A stretch of DNA of 64,000 nt from Octopus sinensis (lineage: Eukaryota), in contig NC_042997.1 in assembly GCF_006345805.1 (NCBI RefSeq), forward strand, positions 204,476,001-204,540,000, given 5' to 3'. This document shows positions 1-12,571 of this stretch, one piece after another; the stretch's first letter is position 1, and every line of letters begins with the position of its first letter. A program made the translations under genes and the position numbers. A model generated the notes under the pieces. It was not told where the DNA came from. It ran no database searches and saw only the letters and a program-made list of their open reading frames with translations.

Positions 1-380
1 ACAGAAATGTTATGATTTATACAGAAGGTGGAACATGTAGAGATTCAAATTTGGTGTACATGGCAGAATGCATGAAACACAACTTAATTTATGTTGGCTG
101 CACAACAGAACAATTAAACAAAAGGTTTAATGGGCTCAGATTCGACGTCAGGCACAATAAGAGTAGTTCGACAGAATTTGCTGAACATTTTACTTCAAAC
201 GGCTGCAATTATGAAGAAGACTTGAAAGTGCATATTCTCTGAAAATATTCTGAATCTGCTTCACTTTCACTTCTCAAAATGCATGAGGAGAAATATGTTT
301 GTGGGTTATTAACATCACACTCTGGAGGAGTGAATGAAATGACAGGCGAATATCAAATTTATACAAAACAGTTTGATTAA
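1..380 (+). mobile_element. Penelope-like retroelement remnant: C-terminal GIY-YIG endonuclease domain (decayed)
   Basis: ORF 12-242 reads C..SNLVY..C...IYVG.T...L..RF...R......AEHF....L.V.IL, the PLE GIY-YIG pattern. A downstream frame continues EKYVCGLLTSHSGGVNE, resembling E..WI..L.T..P.GLN. Confidence 0.75.
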
Positions 381-678
381 ATAGTCATTTTTCTTTTCTT
401 TTCTCTTTTTTTCTGTCTTTTTCTTTTTGCCTGTTATAAAACTGAAACTTAAAAACTGATGATGTCATCCCATCAACATGTGGAAGCTGGTTTCTCTTGT
501 TTATACTTTAAATTTCTATAATTTTGAATTTTTATCACTTCTTATTTTGAACTTGACAAAGACAGATTTACTGACAAAATATTGTTCAACCAATAAAATA
601 TCTATTACAATCGAATTGCACTCTTTGTCTTGACTGTTTACCTTTGTGAAGAGTTACATCAATCCTTTTAAAATATTA

Positions 679-721
<43 letters not shown>

Positions 722-1189
722 AATGGTGAACTGGCTGAATTGTCAATGTGTTGGAGCTTTCAGCTTTTTATATTCTGAGTTCAAATTTTACTGAGGTCAA
801 TAAAATAAGTACCGGTTTAGCACTGAAGGGGTCAATGTAATTAACTTCCCCACCTTTCAAAATTGCTGGCCTTGTGCTAAAATAAGAAAGGATCATTATT
901 ATAATTATTACACTGGTGAGCCAACAAAAACGTTAGGGCCTCTGGCAAAAATGCCTTGTAGTATTTTCTTCAGCTCTTTGCAGTTTCGGTTCAAATCCTA
1001 CCACGGTCAACTTCACATTTCTTATCATCAGAGTCAGTAAAATAAAGTACCAGTCATATACTAGGGTAATGGTGGATATAGTCAACTATCCTTTTCTTGT
1101 GTGTCTTTGTTACAAACAATTCTATGAGAAATTTTGAAGGTGGAGAGAACATAAAGAAAACCTCAAAATGGCTTTAAATTTTGATTGAC

Positions 1190-1450
1190 CAAAACACCAA
1201 AGGAACCTCTACTTAATCTCTCAATGTACTAAATACCCTCAAAACAGCATCCAACCATCTTAAATAATGAAAGGAAACAGACAATGTAAGCTGAGACACA
1301 TTCTGAATAAAAGACAGGATGGTTATGGCTGGATAATCTTTGATAATAGATCTGGCTGGTCTACGATTTAACTGTAACAACAAAGGACACATTAAGTAAT
1401 GTAGTCTTGGATACATTATGTCTGAATAAGAAAAAAAACAACAAAACAAA
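1190..1450 (+). mobile_element. SINE-like repeat with (AAC)n tail, family A
   Basis: ggatggttatggctggataatctttgataatagatctg...aacaacaa. Related copies at about 3320-3540, 4730-4930(-), 7820-7980, 21810-22010(-), 28700-29120, 32870-33210, 38300-38780(-), 58690-58870, 61020-61140. Confidence 0.6.
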
Positions 1451-2300
1451 ACAGAACATGGTCAAGAGAAGAAGGTGGAAGAAGATTCCATTTGGGTCTC
1501 AGGAAGTGAGAATCCTTGCAAAATTAAAGGGAGTGTTGAAATTTAAAAAAATTGTTTTTGGGAAGGAGCCCAGCAGATTATCAGTGGGTTCTTCCTTTGC
1601 TCTCAGGGCCTTGGACTAATGTACCAACTGAACCCCACCCTCTCTGTGGGCTCTGGTCACAACTAGCATATCTTTGATCATCGGTCTGCTCAATCAGGAC
1701 TGACAGAGAATAAACAATAACAATGACGGCAGATTGAAAAATCAATGTGAAGAATATTGATATAAGTTCTTACATATTTTTACAGTAAACAAGTATTTTT
1801 CAGTCGGAGAAAACAGGGTCAACCAATTGCAGAACTAAGAGTATAAATATATGAAATAAAACTGTAAACAAGATAAAGCAGAACCAGATTATTTCTGCCA
1901 ATGGCACCTCACCCTTAGAATAGAAAGGTTATCATAAATGGATCCTTCACATTTTTTATCCAGCTTCTATCAAAACGTGCTGTTTCGCTCTCATTTCCCC
2001 AGCTGACCCTTTAGTACTTAAAAAAGATAAAAGTGTTAGGGGTTCTTCTGTAGGTAGTTATAGAATTTATGAGGTAAAAGACAAGTAGAGCTACCCACCT
2101 CCCACCCTTAGCTTTCTATGACATTCCACTCATGTGAGGAATGCTGTAGCAGGGGCCTTCAACCATCTATACTTCAGCAGCCCTTTTCATGATGGAATGT
2201 GTTTGACAAACAGTCCCCACCTCAAGTTTTTGAAAAAGAAACAAAAAGAGAGAGAGAGAAATAAAGTTAATTCAAAACACCAGATTATTTTATCAAACAT

Positions 2301-2655
2301 CATCATCATCATCGTTTAACGTCTGTTCTCCATGCTAGCATGGGTTGGATGGTTCGACTGGGATCAGGGAAGCCAGAAGGCTGCACCAGGCTCCAGTCTG
2401 ATCTGGCAGTGTTTCTTCAGCTGGATGCCCTTCCTAACGCCAACCACTCCGAGAGTGTAGTGGGTGCTTTTTATGTGCCAGGCGAGGCTGGCAATGGCCA
2501 CAATCGGATTGGTGCTTTTTACATGCCACCGGCATGGAAGCCAGTCAAGGCAGCGCTGGCATCGGCCACGTTCGGATGGTGCTTTTTATGTGCCACCGGC
2601 ACAGGGATCACAGCTACAATTTCCATTGATTTTTGATGTTGATGTACTTGACTCA
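2301..2655 (-). mobile_element. RTE-derived 3' tail repeat with three TGGCAYRTAAAAAGCACC units and (GAT)n tail
   Basis: catcatcatcgtttaacg...catgctagcatgggttgg...ggatgcccttcctaacgccaacc followed by ggtgctttttaYRtgcca units; many homologous copies in the window. Confidence 0.8.
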
Positions 2656-3859
2656 ATAGCTTTCTTCAAGCACAGGGTTGAAATGGTGTTTCTTTAGCTG
2701 CCACCTGCACAAGCTAATTTTATACAGTGGTTTGTTATTGATATTTTCATAGTGTATCCCTTCCAGTAGGTGGCTCTTTTTAGATAAATTTTTATGAAAA
2801 TTGCAAAAGAAAGTGAGGATTATAAAATGAAATGGTATTAGATCTCAATGTGGCATTGGTCATGTTTTCTGTTCACTGATAACACAATGTCTCTTGATGT
2901 AATAAATTGTAGATGTATCAAAGAAAGTTGATGATGGCAGAGTTGGGAAGGGGTCAGAATCCCAAGAAGGAGTGGATATGGTTAAAATAATATCTTTATT
3001 TTAAATTGTGTGTCGTACAAGATGTCTTCAGCAGTCATTGTATTTAACTTCATACTGGTCAGTCAATGAGGTAGCAACAGACGTGATTGTTCCACCTGCC
3101 AGAAATAATAATCAAATTTTCCTCAAATCACAGCAATCTTATTTGTTCTTGATGCTAAGTATGAATGTTTTTGGTATGTCTGTTCGATTAGAGCTAACCT
3201 GAACAAACTACCATCATCATAACACTAACAACAACAGCAACAAAACTCTGAAATCCAACCATCTCTTTAACCAGGCAACAAGAATGAATGAAGAAATGTC
3301 AGGCTAATGAAGGTGCATTGACATAGTTGTTCAACCAGCTAGAAATAGCTGCCAAATCTTCCTCATGCCGTACTCTACCACCTTAGAAAGGGAGGAGAGC
3401 ACATTGACTAATGTAGTCTTAGATAACTATAACTGCAAATAAGATTTAAAAATATATATGGCTATGGTTAAAATAATTTTGATCATAGGACTGATGAATC
3501 AGGACTGACCTTGGGCTAAACAACAAGAACAGTAACAATGACAGTGTAGCGGACACTTGAGGGAAATTCCTCTCCTCTCTATTATACATACATACATACG
3601 AACATAGTAGATAACAGCTAGCCTTTGGCCGCATTTTGGACCCTTGTGTCCACTACTCTGATTGGTTGGTATTGGTGCAATTTTGTCTCTTGGTCTATCA
3701 CATGCCAATATGCAACCCAACCAATCGCAGCCTTCAAATAAGGTCATGTGTGACAGCCTGTTTTATGCCCAACTTTGAGCCTACAATTTCTTATAAACCT
3801 TCAGTTTTTCATCGTCTCGTCTTTGGTTCCAGACCTTTTAAGGTCTAGCTACTGACCAC

Positions 3860-4200
3860 ACAAGACACAGCCAGTTACAGCAACAGCACCCATCCAACAG
3901 CATAAGGCAATCTCTTTCTTTGTCCCCATCATCATCTTCTTAACGTTGTCAACATCATCTCTCTACGTACACAGCAACTTGCAACTCGCCCAGGTTTCAA
4001 TATAGCACTGTTTGTGAATTACTTCACTATGGATCAACAGCAAATATACAACCTGCGGGAACTCCTGTACCAAGTGACCCAAGCAGCAGCATTACAACCA
4101 CAACTTCATGTATGACATGTACCACAACCGGCTCTGTATCATTGCCACAACTTCTTGGATACAGTATTTCAACTATCATGTACAATTGACTACGAACTAG
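3860..4200 (+). mobile_element. possible decayed retroelement ORF fragment (Penelope-like N-terminal region?)
   Basis: Short open frames (HLLNVVNIISLRTQQLAT..., FQYSTVCELLH...) in GC-richer unique sequence; resemblance is by recall only. Confidence 0.2.
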
Positions 4201-5228
4201 TATTTCTCATTCTTGTGTCTATGAACATTCTTCTAACTTCTAATTATAGACACTTTCACTGTCTTCTTCATTATTATAGACGGTGCCCCAGCATGGCCAC
4301 AGCTCATAAGCTGAAACTGGAAAAATCAAAATCAAAATCAATACATCCATGCCTATACACACACACACACACTTTGTTCTCATGACAGCCTGGCTATTGT
4401 TCTGTATACATGATGCACACACAATCACACATGTTAACATATCAATAAATCTTCTCTCTTAAACATTCTACCCGGTTGTGTCTCTCTTTTCCCTCTGGCA
4501 CATATACGCATTATTCTGTTTATATTTATTGTATCGACCGTGTGATGTACTAAGGAGCCATTCTCGTCACCTCGCTTCGCATGGTCATTACAACAGCAAC
4601 AACAACAATTACAGCAGTAGAGTAATTCATTACCCCTGTTGTGAGATTCGATCCCTGCACTCTCAGTTCCCAGTTAATTGAATACTTCTTCACTGAGCTG
4701 ATCTTACTTTTCTTACTCTGGTTGCCTAGTTGTTGTTGTTGTTATTTAGCCCTAGGTCAGCTCTGATCCTGCAGACATGATCAGAGACATTTTAGCCTGA
4801 CCATCTTGATTTTGTCTTCAGACTTAGTTTCTCTCAGATCACTTATTTAATAGACAATGGGATATGATTTGAGGGAGATTTAGTTGCTATTTTGAGTGGG
4901 TTGAATGAGCACATTGAGGCAGCTTAATTGGTTTGAGGTCCCCCCCCTGCCGTGGCATTTATTTGGTTGCCTAGTTACAAGGAAAGATGGATTTCAGTGT
5001 TTTATCTCGGGTACTGTGCACTAGCCTGGCTGGTTAGAGTTACAGTACCTTATTTGGCAACTAAATTAGGATGATTATGAACTTTGGCCTCAGCCTGGTT
5101 TCAGTTTCTCAAGTAAGGTGTCACCAAACACTTAAGCAGCTAATTATTTTGGAATGACCTAAGAAATGACATTAGTTTTGGTTGTTATGTCACAAATGTA
5201 AGTGAAATGTATAGCAATGTCTGTAACA

Positions 5229-5230
<2 letters not shown>

Positions 5231-5262
<32 letters not shown>

Positions 5263-5473
5263 GCACGCGTCTGGTAGTGTTGTTTGGTAAGAAAGTGATT
5301 TCTGGTACCTTAACAGCCAATGAATAAAAACAAAAGTAACTGCAAAATGTAGTTCTGGTTGGTATATAAAGGGAATTTAGGGATGGTGGGGAAAGAAACT
5401 GCAAGCAGAAATAAAGAGAATAGAATTGATAGATAATAGGGGAAAAAAGATATATATATATATATATATATAT

Positions 5474-5507
<34 letters not shown>

Positions 5508-5560
5508 GAGAGAGAGTGAGAGAAAGAGAGAAGATATAGATGAGTGAAAGAAGGTGAGTA
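5231..5560. repeat. compound microsatellite cluster (CA)n, (TA)n, (GA)n
   Basis: Directly visible dinucleotide tracts. Confidence 0.95.
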
Positions 5561-6125
5561 AATAGAGATTCAGGTTGCATAGACACACAGACACAAATGA
5601 CTACCATACCCCCAACTAGAAAAACATGATTATAAGATTGCTAGTGAGGGTTGGTTACAGAAACAGTGATAAAAGGCACAGATGTAAGAATGTATGCTAA
5701 ATATAGCTACTTATACAGTAGAGATATCAGTTCTAACGCTCGCAACTATCATTCTGCTTCTTTCTCTTATCATGTCTCAACATTCTTGAGAATTCAGAGA
5801 AGATAACAGCATCTACAGAGGCCTGAAGACAACTGAAAAGAATCCACAAAACCAAGTTGTTGTTCTCTTTCAAGTGAGTGCTAAATACCAACCAACAATT
5901 TAGAAAGATCATCCTTAGATTCTTTAATCCCTAAACTGTGTAGAAAAGGGGGCAGATTTTAGACCCTTTTGTTTTGTTAACACTGTGACATCATAACAGG
6001 TCATATTGATATGACAAGAGCTGACACGAGACCCTCAACATCAGTGATTCTCAGCTTAGAGGTTCTGGGATCATTTTGAAAGGGGTGGGAAGACAAGGTT
6101 TTTTACTTTTAAAATACGTAAGATA

Positions 6126-6532
6126 GGCGCAGGAGTGGCTGTGTGGTAAGTAGCTTGCTAACCAACCACATGGTTCCGGGTTCAGTCCCACTGCGTGGCA
6201 TCTTGGGCAAGTGTCTTCTGCTATAGCCCCGGGCCGACCAATGCCTTGTGAGTGGATTTGGTAGACGGAAACTGAAAGAAGCCTATTGTATATATATATA
6301 TATATATGTTTGTGTGTGTATTTGTGTATTTGTCCCCCTAGCATTGCTTGACCACCGATGCTGGTGTGTTTACGTCCCCGTCACTTAGCGGTTCGGCAAA
6401 AGAGACCGATAGAATAAGTACTGGCCTTACAAAGAATAAGTCCCGGGGTCGATTTGCTCGACTAAAGGCGGTGCTCCAGCATGGCCACAGTCAAATGACT
6501 GAAACAAGTAAAAGAGTAAAAGAGTAAAGAGT
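6126..6532 (+). mobile_element. tRNA-derived SINE, family B (ggcgcaggagtggctgtgtgg...; AAGAGT tail)
   Basis: A-box tggctgtgtgg, B-box-like gggttcagtccc, accttgggcaagtgtc core, internal TA/TG tract, (aagagt)n tail; second near-identical copy at 6937-7347. Confidence 0.85.
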
Positions 6533-6728
6533 ATAGGAACTGTGAATGAATATGCTATACAATAAAACACAGGCATAATGACCACAGCATAACACCTACT
6601 GCCAAAAAATACCCCTCAAACCAGGAGTATTTCCACAAGAAAAGTATCAAATGTTGATTTTATTACATTTTTGGATAAAAAAAGAAGAGGTATTGTGGCA
6701 CATGATTGCTCAGCCTTATCTCCCTTAA

Positions 6729-7358
6729 CTCTTTTGATACCAAATTGCCTGAGGCCACCTTAGATCTATGATACAAGCTTCCTGTTTTAAAGAAATTTAA
6801 ATTAAAACCTTCCATCAAAATTATATGATAAGTTATGTTCCAACCACTGCCTTCATAATGACAAAGTTATTTTACAAAATTCATCATCATTTTCAAAATA
6901 AATTGATGCAAAGGCAGCATATTTCATCAAAAATATGGCGCAGGAGTGGCTGTGTGGTAAGTAGCTTGTTTACCTACCACATGGTTCCGGGTTCAGTCCC
7001 ACTGCGTGGCACCTTGGGCAAGTGTCTTCTACTATAGCCTCGGGCCGACCAAAGCCTTGTGAGTAGATTTGGTAGACGGAAATGAAAGAAGCCCATCGTG
7101 TATATGAATATATATGTATATGCGTGTATGTGTTTGTGTGTCTGTGTTTGTCCCCCTAGCATTGCTTGACAACCGATGCTGGTGTGTTTATGTCATCGTT
7201 ACTTAGCGGTTTGGCAAAAGAGACCGATAGAATAAGTACTGGGCTTACAAAAGAATAAATCCCGGGGTCGAGTTGCTCGATTAAAGGCGGTGCTCCAGCA
7301 TGGCCGCAATCAAATGATTGAAACAAGTAAAAGAGTAAAAGAGAGAGTAATAAAAGGG
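6729..7358. mobile_element. piggyBac-type MITE interrupted by a family B SINE (6937-7347)
   Basis: TTAA|ctcttttgatac ... taataaaaggg|TTAA. Removing the SINE restores aaatatggtaataaaagggttaa, as seen uninterrupted at about 11830-11850. Confidence 0.65.
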
Positions 7359-7483
7359 TTAAACCCCATACTACCATCTTAAAAGAAAAAACATTGGTAT
7401 ATTCGATAGCCTTAGGTTTTACAAAGAAATGTTATGGTCTTGGGTGGATTGTTTTTGACCATTGGTTTGTAAGATCAGAGATG

Positions 7484-7730
7484 TGGCGGCACATGGCTTA
7501 GTGGTTAAGGTGTTGAACTCATGATCGTAAGGTTGTGGTTTTGATTCCTGGATTGGGCGATGCTTTGTGTTCTTGAGCAAAACACTTCATTTTCACGTTG
7601 CTCCAGTCCACTCAGCTGGCAAAAATGAGTAATCCTGCAACTGACCGGCGTCCCGTCCAGGTGGGGAATTTCTACACCACTGAAACCAGGAAACCGGCCC
7701 TTATGAACCTGGCATGGCTCAAGAAGGAAC
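7484..7730 (+). mobile_element. tRNA-derived SINE, family C, with 13-bp TSD
   Basis: A-box tggcttagtgg, B-box-like ggttttgattcc, cttgagcaaaacactt core; TSD aagatcagagatg at 7471-7483 and 7731-7743. Related copies at about 14990-15260(-), 25810-26050(-), 58380-58560. Confidence 0.8.
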
Positions 7731-8255
7731 AAGATCAGAGATGATGTGGGCTAAAGAATATCAACTGAAACAGCAACAATAATTTCAACATTATAAATTT
7801 AACAGCAATGAGACAAGGATAAAATCTTTATATGCTCGCTCAACCTGCTAGAAACATCAGTTAAATTCCATACAAATAACATTTTACTAGCTTTAGAATA
7901 GAACATATTTGATATGCATAGTCATGGGTCAGCTTGATCAAGGTTGATCTGTGGCTAAACAACAACCACAATAACAATAACTTGACCAACTCAGTTTTTA
8001 CCTTTAATATATCCAGCATCAAGAAAAACCAACACACACAAAGCAATGTCAGTGGACATTAGTACACCACAAGTAGTAAACCCCTGAATGTTACAGTGCA
8101 CCTTAGTTAGGGCTCTTAATGACAGAGTGGTGTGGTCCAGCTGGAGCAACCTTCCTTAAATGTTTATTAAGTAGACGACAGTATGATGTAACTAGAACAA
8201 TGGATCAGTGAATCCTTTCTGGTCATTGGATTAACAACTCATAGAGAGAACCTAT

Positions 8256-8954
8256 AGAAGTGGTAGACCCAGGAAACCTGGGATGAGGTGGTGAAGCATA
8301 ACCTTTGAACGTTGGGCCTCATAGAGGCAATGATGAGTGACCGAGACCTTTAGAGATATGCTGTATTTAAGAAAACCTGGCAAGCCAAGTGTGACCATAA
8401 TGTGGCCTGTGCCAGTGCAGCATAACCTGCCCATTTAAGGGTGCTCTTCAATCATTAGACAATAGACGGTGCTTGTGAAGACCTGTTGAGTCAAGTGAAA
8501 TCATTGTCATGGCTGATGCCAGTACCACCTGACTGTGGCATGTAAAAGCACCATTTGAGCATGGTTGATGCCAGTGCCACCTGTCGGGTCCCATGCCAGA
8601 GGCACATAAAAAGCACTGTTTGAGCGTGGTCATTGCCAGTGCCGCCTAACTGACTCCAGTGCTGGTGGCATGTAAAAAGCACAAATCGAGCGTGGGTCAT
8701 TGCCAGTGTCACCTGACTGGCTCCCATGCCAATAGCATGTAAAAAGCACCATTCAAGCATGGTCGATGCCAGTACGCCTGACTGGTTCTCGAGCTGGTAG
8801 CACATAAAAAGTAACCACTACACTCTCAGAGTAGTTGGCGTTAGGAAGGGCATCCAGCTGTAGAAACATTGCCAGATCAGATTGGAACCTAGTGCAGCCT
8901 TCTAGCTTGCCAGTCCTCAGTCAAACCGTCCAACCCATGCCATGATGATGATGA
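8256..8954 (+). mobile_element. 5'-truncated RTE LINE: ORF C-terminus (RSGRPRK.WDEVVK...) plus 3' UTR with five tandem units and (GAT)n tail
   Basis: GRPRKxW motif of the RTE C-terminus, homologous to 25440-25560, followed by the tandem motif and the shared tail. Confidence 0.75.
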
Positions 8955-10094
8955 CGTGTCATTGTGAAGGTTGTGAAGAAAGCCTCTAAGTAGTGACTTG
9001 ACCTCCTCCAGGAAGGACATATGGAAGGTATTCTGAGATATACAAGATGTGATAGTCTTGGCTGGAAAGTCTTTGATCATAGGTCTGCTCAGTCAGGATT
9101 TTACTTGGGGTTAAACAATACTAATACATACACAACAACAAAGCTATGAAGCAAAGGTTATTATTTTAACATAAACTAAGAAAACATCAAATAATAACCA
9201 GCTCTAAATTATTGGTTTCATTTCACAAAAACACAAGATATTAGACATATAACAGAAGCTATGGTCTGTGTGTTCATTTAATCATCAAATATTCTTATTT
9301 TTATACCGGTAAGTGGTTTGGCACCAAGAGAAGTGAGCCACACCAGACATGCTGGTGCCACTTCACTGTTCTGATTTTAATTCATACCACATTCAGTTTT
9401 ATTTCTACCTGTCGGATTTAGTGTATATGTACTTATAACATACTGAGGATAATTCATTCAACCATTTTCCTTCCCTAAACAAAAATTAACCTACATTAGA
9501 CTGGATTAAAAACAAAATATATAAATAGAAAAAAAACCCATTCAAATATCTAGGGTCATGGTTCCAGCTGGATGGAGAAATACTTTGTATTATCTTGTCT
9601 ATCTGGTAGTTATCTATTGATCTAGCAGCCCCTCTATCAGTCTGCCTATCGTTCTATCTCTCTATCTGTCTGTATTTGTCCATACTTTGTTTATTCAAGT
9701 AAAGCCATATATAATTCAAGTAAACTGCTAAAGTCTTTGGCATCAATTACTTATAAATATGTACAAAATATACAATATTACAATAATTTTGGCATAAGGC
9801 TAGCAGTTTTGTGGGGAGGGAGTAAGTGATTACATCGACCCCAAAAGGACGAAAGGCAAAGATGACCATGGTGGAATTTGAACTCAGAATGCAAAGACAG
9901 ATGAAAGGCTGTCAAGCATTTTGTCAGGTGTGCTAATGATTCTACCAGCTTGCCACTTTAAATGTTACCATAATATTAGCAAAACAAAGGCATCACACCT
10001 TTCACAAATGAATTGGCTTAATTATTTCCATTATTTGAGAAATGTGATCAACACATTTGCAAGGTTTGTCCCTGTAGCAGCTGCCAAATCATAA

Positions 10095-10485
10095 TCTATA
10101 TATATAAAGCTGAAGTTGTCTGTGTGTGGCAGGTTTGGTAGCCTTCAACTAACATTATCTCCTCCAAGACCCTGCGGGGCAAGTTGACCAAAATTATGAG
10201 TATGATAGAAGAAGGCTTGCTCTTCGTTCCGTAGAAGATAAAATTCAAATCGGACCATGTTAACACCAAAAATTATTTACATCAAAAAGGGGCTTTTTCC
10301 TATGAAAATCCCTATTTTTTACGATTTTTTTTTACTGCTGTGTCGCCATTTTTCGGTGTATTTCAACCAGAAAAATGTTCACTTAAAGAGAATAACAAGC
10401 TACATAATGCAAAATTTTTACTTTACAAAAATTCCAATTCTAAAGGGTCGAAACAAACCTGAGCAACACCGGGTAATACTGCTAG
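10095..10485 (+). mobile_element. non-autonomous Helitron
   Basis: A|TCTATATATATAAAG at the 5' end; subterminal hairpin cctgagcaacaccggg; CTAG|T at the 3' end; no TSD. Confidence 0.75.
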
Positions 10486-10890
10486 TTTTAAATAAAGTGA
10501 CACTGGTGGCTGTGTTGTTAAGAAGCTTGCTTCCCAGCCATGTAGCTTAAGGTTCAGTCCCATTGTGCAGCACCTTCTGCAATTGTTTTGTACTATAGCT
10601 CTGGTTCAGCCAAAACCTTATGCGTGGATTTGATAGATGGAAACTGAAAAGACAGCTGTTGCGCACACGCTAGCGCATGTGTGTGTGTGTGTGTGTGAGA
10701 CAACATGTGATGGTTGTTAGCAAGTAATGTTGTTCGTTTTGAACCTGCCATTAAAGCCATGTCTGCCATGATCCTGTTCATCCAAACCAAGATTGTTAAT
10801 CAATTCCAACCATTACAACATCAACATATGGTGGTGCCCCAGCATGGCTGTGGCCTTCGGGCTAAAACATTTTTAAGGATTTATATGATA

Positions 10891-11277
10891 CTAGCAGTAT
10901 CGCCCGGCGTTGCTCGGGTTTGTAAGGGAAATAACTATATAAGCATTTTTAGAGAGTTATAGCCAAAAAATAGCAAAAAAATGCATTAAAAATGAAAAAA
11001 AAATGATGGTAAATTTTTTTAAAAATCGTTGACTCATCGTAGACATTTTTAGAGAGTTACTTCTCTTATATAATAGCGAAAAAATGCATTAAAATGGAAA
11101 AAAATGATGGTAAATTTTTTTTTAAATCGTAGACTCATGCTAATACCCAGAAGGGCTTGATATGAATCACGACTATAAGATACCTGGTTTTGGTTAAACT
11201 GCACCGCAAAATGTGGGAGTAGTTAGGAATCTAAATCGTAGGAGACAGACACACAACTTCACTTTTATATATAAAGA
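10891..11277 (-). mobile_element. non-autonomous Helitron (tandem copy 1)
   Basis: On the minus strand: 5' TCTTTATATATAAAAG, 3' cccgagcaacgccggg hairpin then gatactgCTAG|T. Confidence 0.75.
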
Positions 11278-11280
11278 AGA

Positions 11281-11620
11281 CTAGCAGTATCGCCCGGCGT
11301 TGCTCGGGTTTGTAAGGGAAATAACTATATAAGCATTTTTAGAGATGTAAAGTATAATAGCCATCTCAATATGGCTAACCACAAAGGGGGGGGTGTTACT
11401 GTAGCGTTTTACGTTCTGAGATTTAATAATAAAATTTTAGAGAGTTACTTCCCTTATATATGCCAAAAATCGATGGTAAATTTTTTTTTAAATCATAGAC
11501 TCATCGTAGACGCGCGCTAATACCCAGAAGGGCTCGATATGAATCACGACTAAATGTGGGAGTAGTTAGGAATCTAAATCGTAGGAGACAGACACAGAAC
11601 CTCTCTTTTATATATAAAGA
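11281..11620 (-). mobile_element. non-autonomous Helitron (tandem copy 2, internal variant)
   Basis: Same termini as 10891-11277, separated from it by 3 bp; differs by internal indels. Confidence 0.75.
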
Positions 11621-12571
11621 TTTCAGCTTCCTTAACATAATAATATTTCATAATCAAATGCTGACATTTTTAAGGTCTGTCTCATAATACAGGAAGGTTT
11701 TACTTTTGATAAAGCGCAAATGTTGGTAAAGCAACACCTGGTGGTCTTTGATTTAAAACAAAAGTATTTTATTTCTTTTTTCATTATTCTAAAGATTAAT
11801 TGAAACAAAAGCAGTGTAGTTGGAAAGAAATATGGTAATAAAAGGGTTAAACTTCTTGGATTATTTAATTAAAGATATTCTTATGCTCAAATAATGCTCA
11901 TACCAATGTTTGCATACCATCTATGAATCTCATTTGAATTATATCAGCTTCTACACCACAGGTTCTCAACTGGTGTGCTGAGGCACCCTTGGCTGCTGGG
12001 AATTGTACGTATGTCTGTGGTATCATGATTGATCATTTAGAGTGAAAAATACATTTTGATACTATTTTAACAAAAAATATTACTGTCATCTGATTTAATG
12101 TGGCTATCAAATATGGTAAGGCTTAAATGTAATGCTCTGTTGCTTCATTAAAAATGAAATGACTTCAGAGCACTAACAATGTTTTTGTCAAAAGCTGCTG
12201 TGATGGCAAGGTGAAAGTTTTTCTAAACCTCTGGCATAATATCTGTGTCTCCACAATAGATAGATAGATAGATATAGATATATATGCATATATATATATA
12301 TATATATGTAGATGAAACCATAGCGACTGAAGAAGGGATTTTTTCTTTGTGTTAATTGTCCTGTACTCTATTTTTTTGTTGTTTAAAAAAATGTCCATTT
12401 CCTTTGGTTTGTGTCTATGTTTTCATTTCCCATTGTGTTCGACGTCTTTTTGGTGTCCTGTACTCATATATGCGTGTATATGTACATGTAGAGGTAGGTA
12501 CGTACATATATGTTTATATATATGCATATGTTTTATTTTTATTTATTAATATATATACATATATATACATA

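Noticed and set aside
1914-3090. minus-strand mini-exons (KLDKKCEGSIYDNLSILR; GGTITSVATSLTD)
   Set aside because: Splice signals are moderate, phases do not chain convincingly, and such matches are expected by chance.
5040-5880. plus-strand exon pair (DDYELWPQPGFSFS / EDNSIYRGLKTTEKNPQNQVVVLFQ)
   Set aside because: Good donors but acceptors lack pyrimidine tracts; no recognisable homology.
9446-9476. minus-strand 31-nt exon EGKWLNELSS
   Set aside because: Decent acceptor and GTATGT donor, but too short to evaluate without transcript data and no linkage to other exons.
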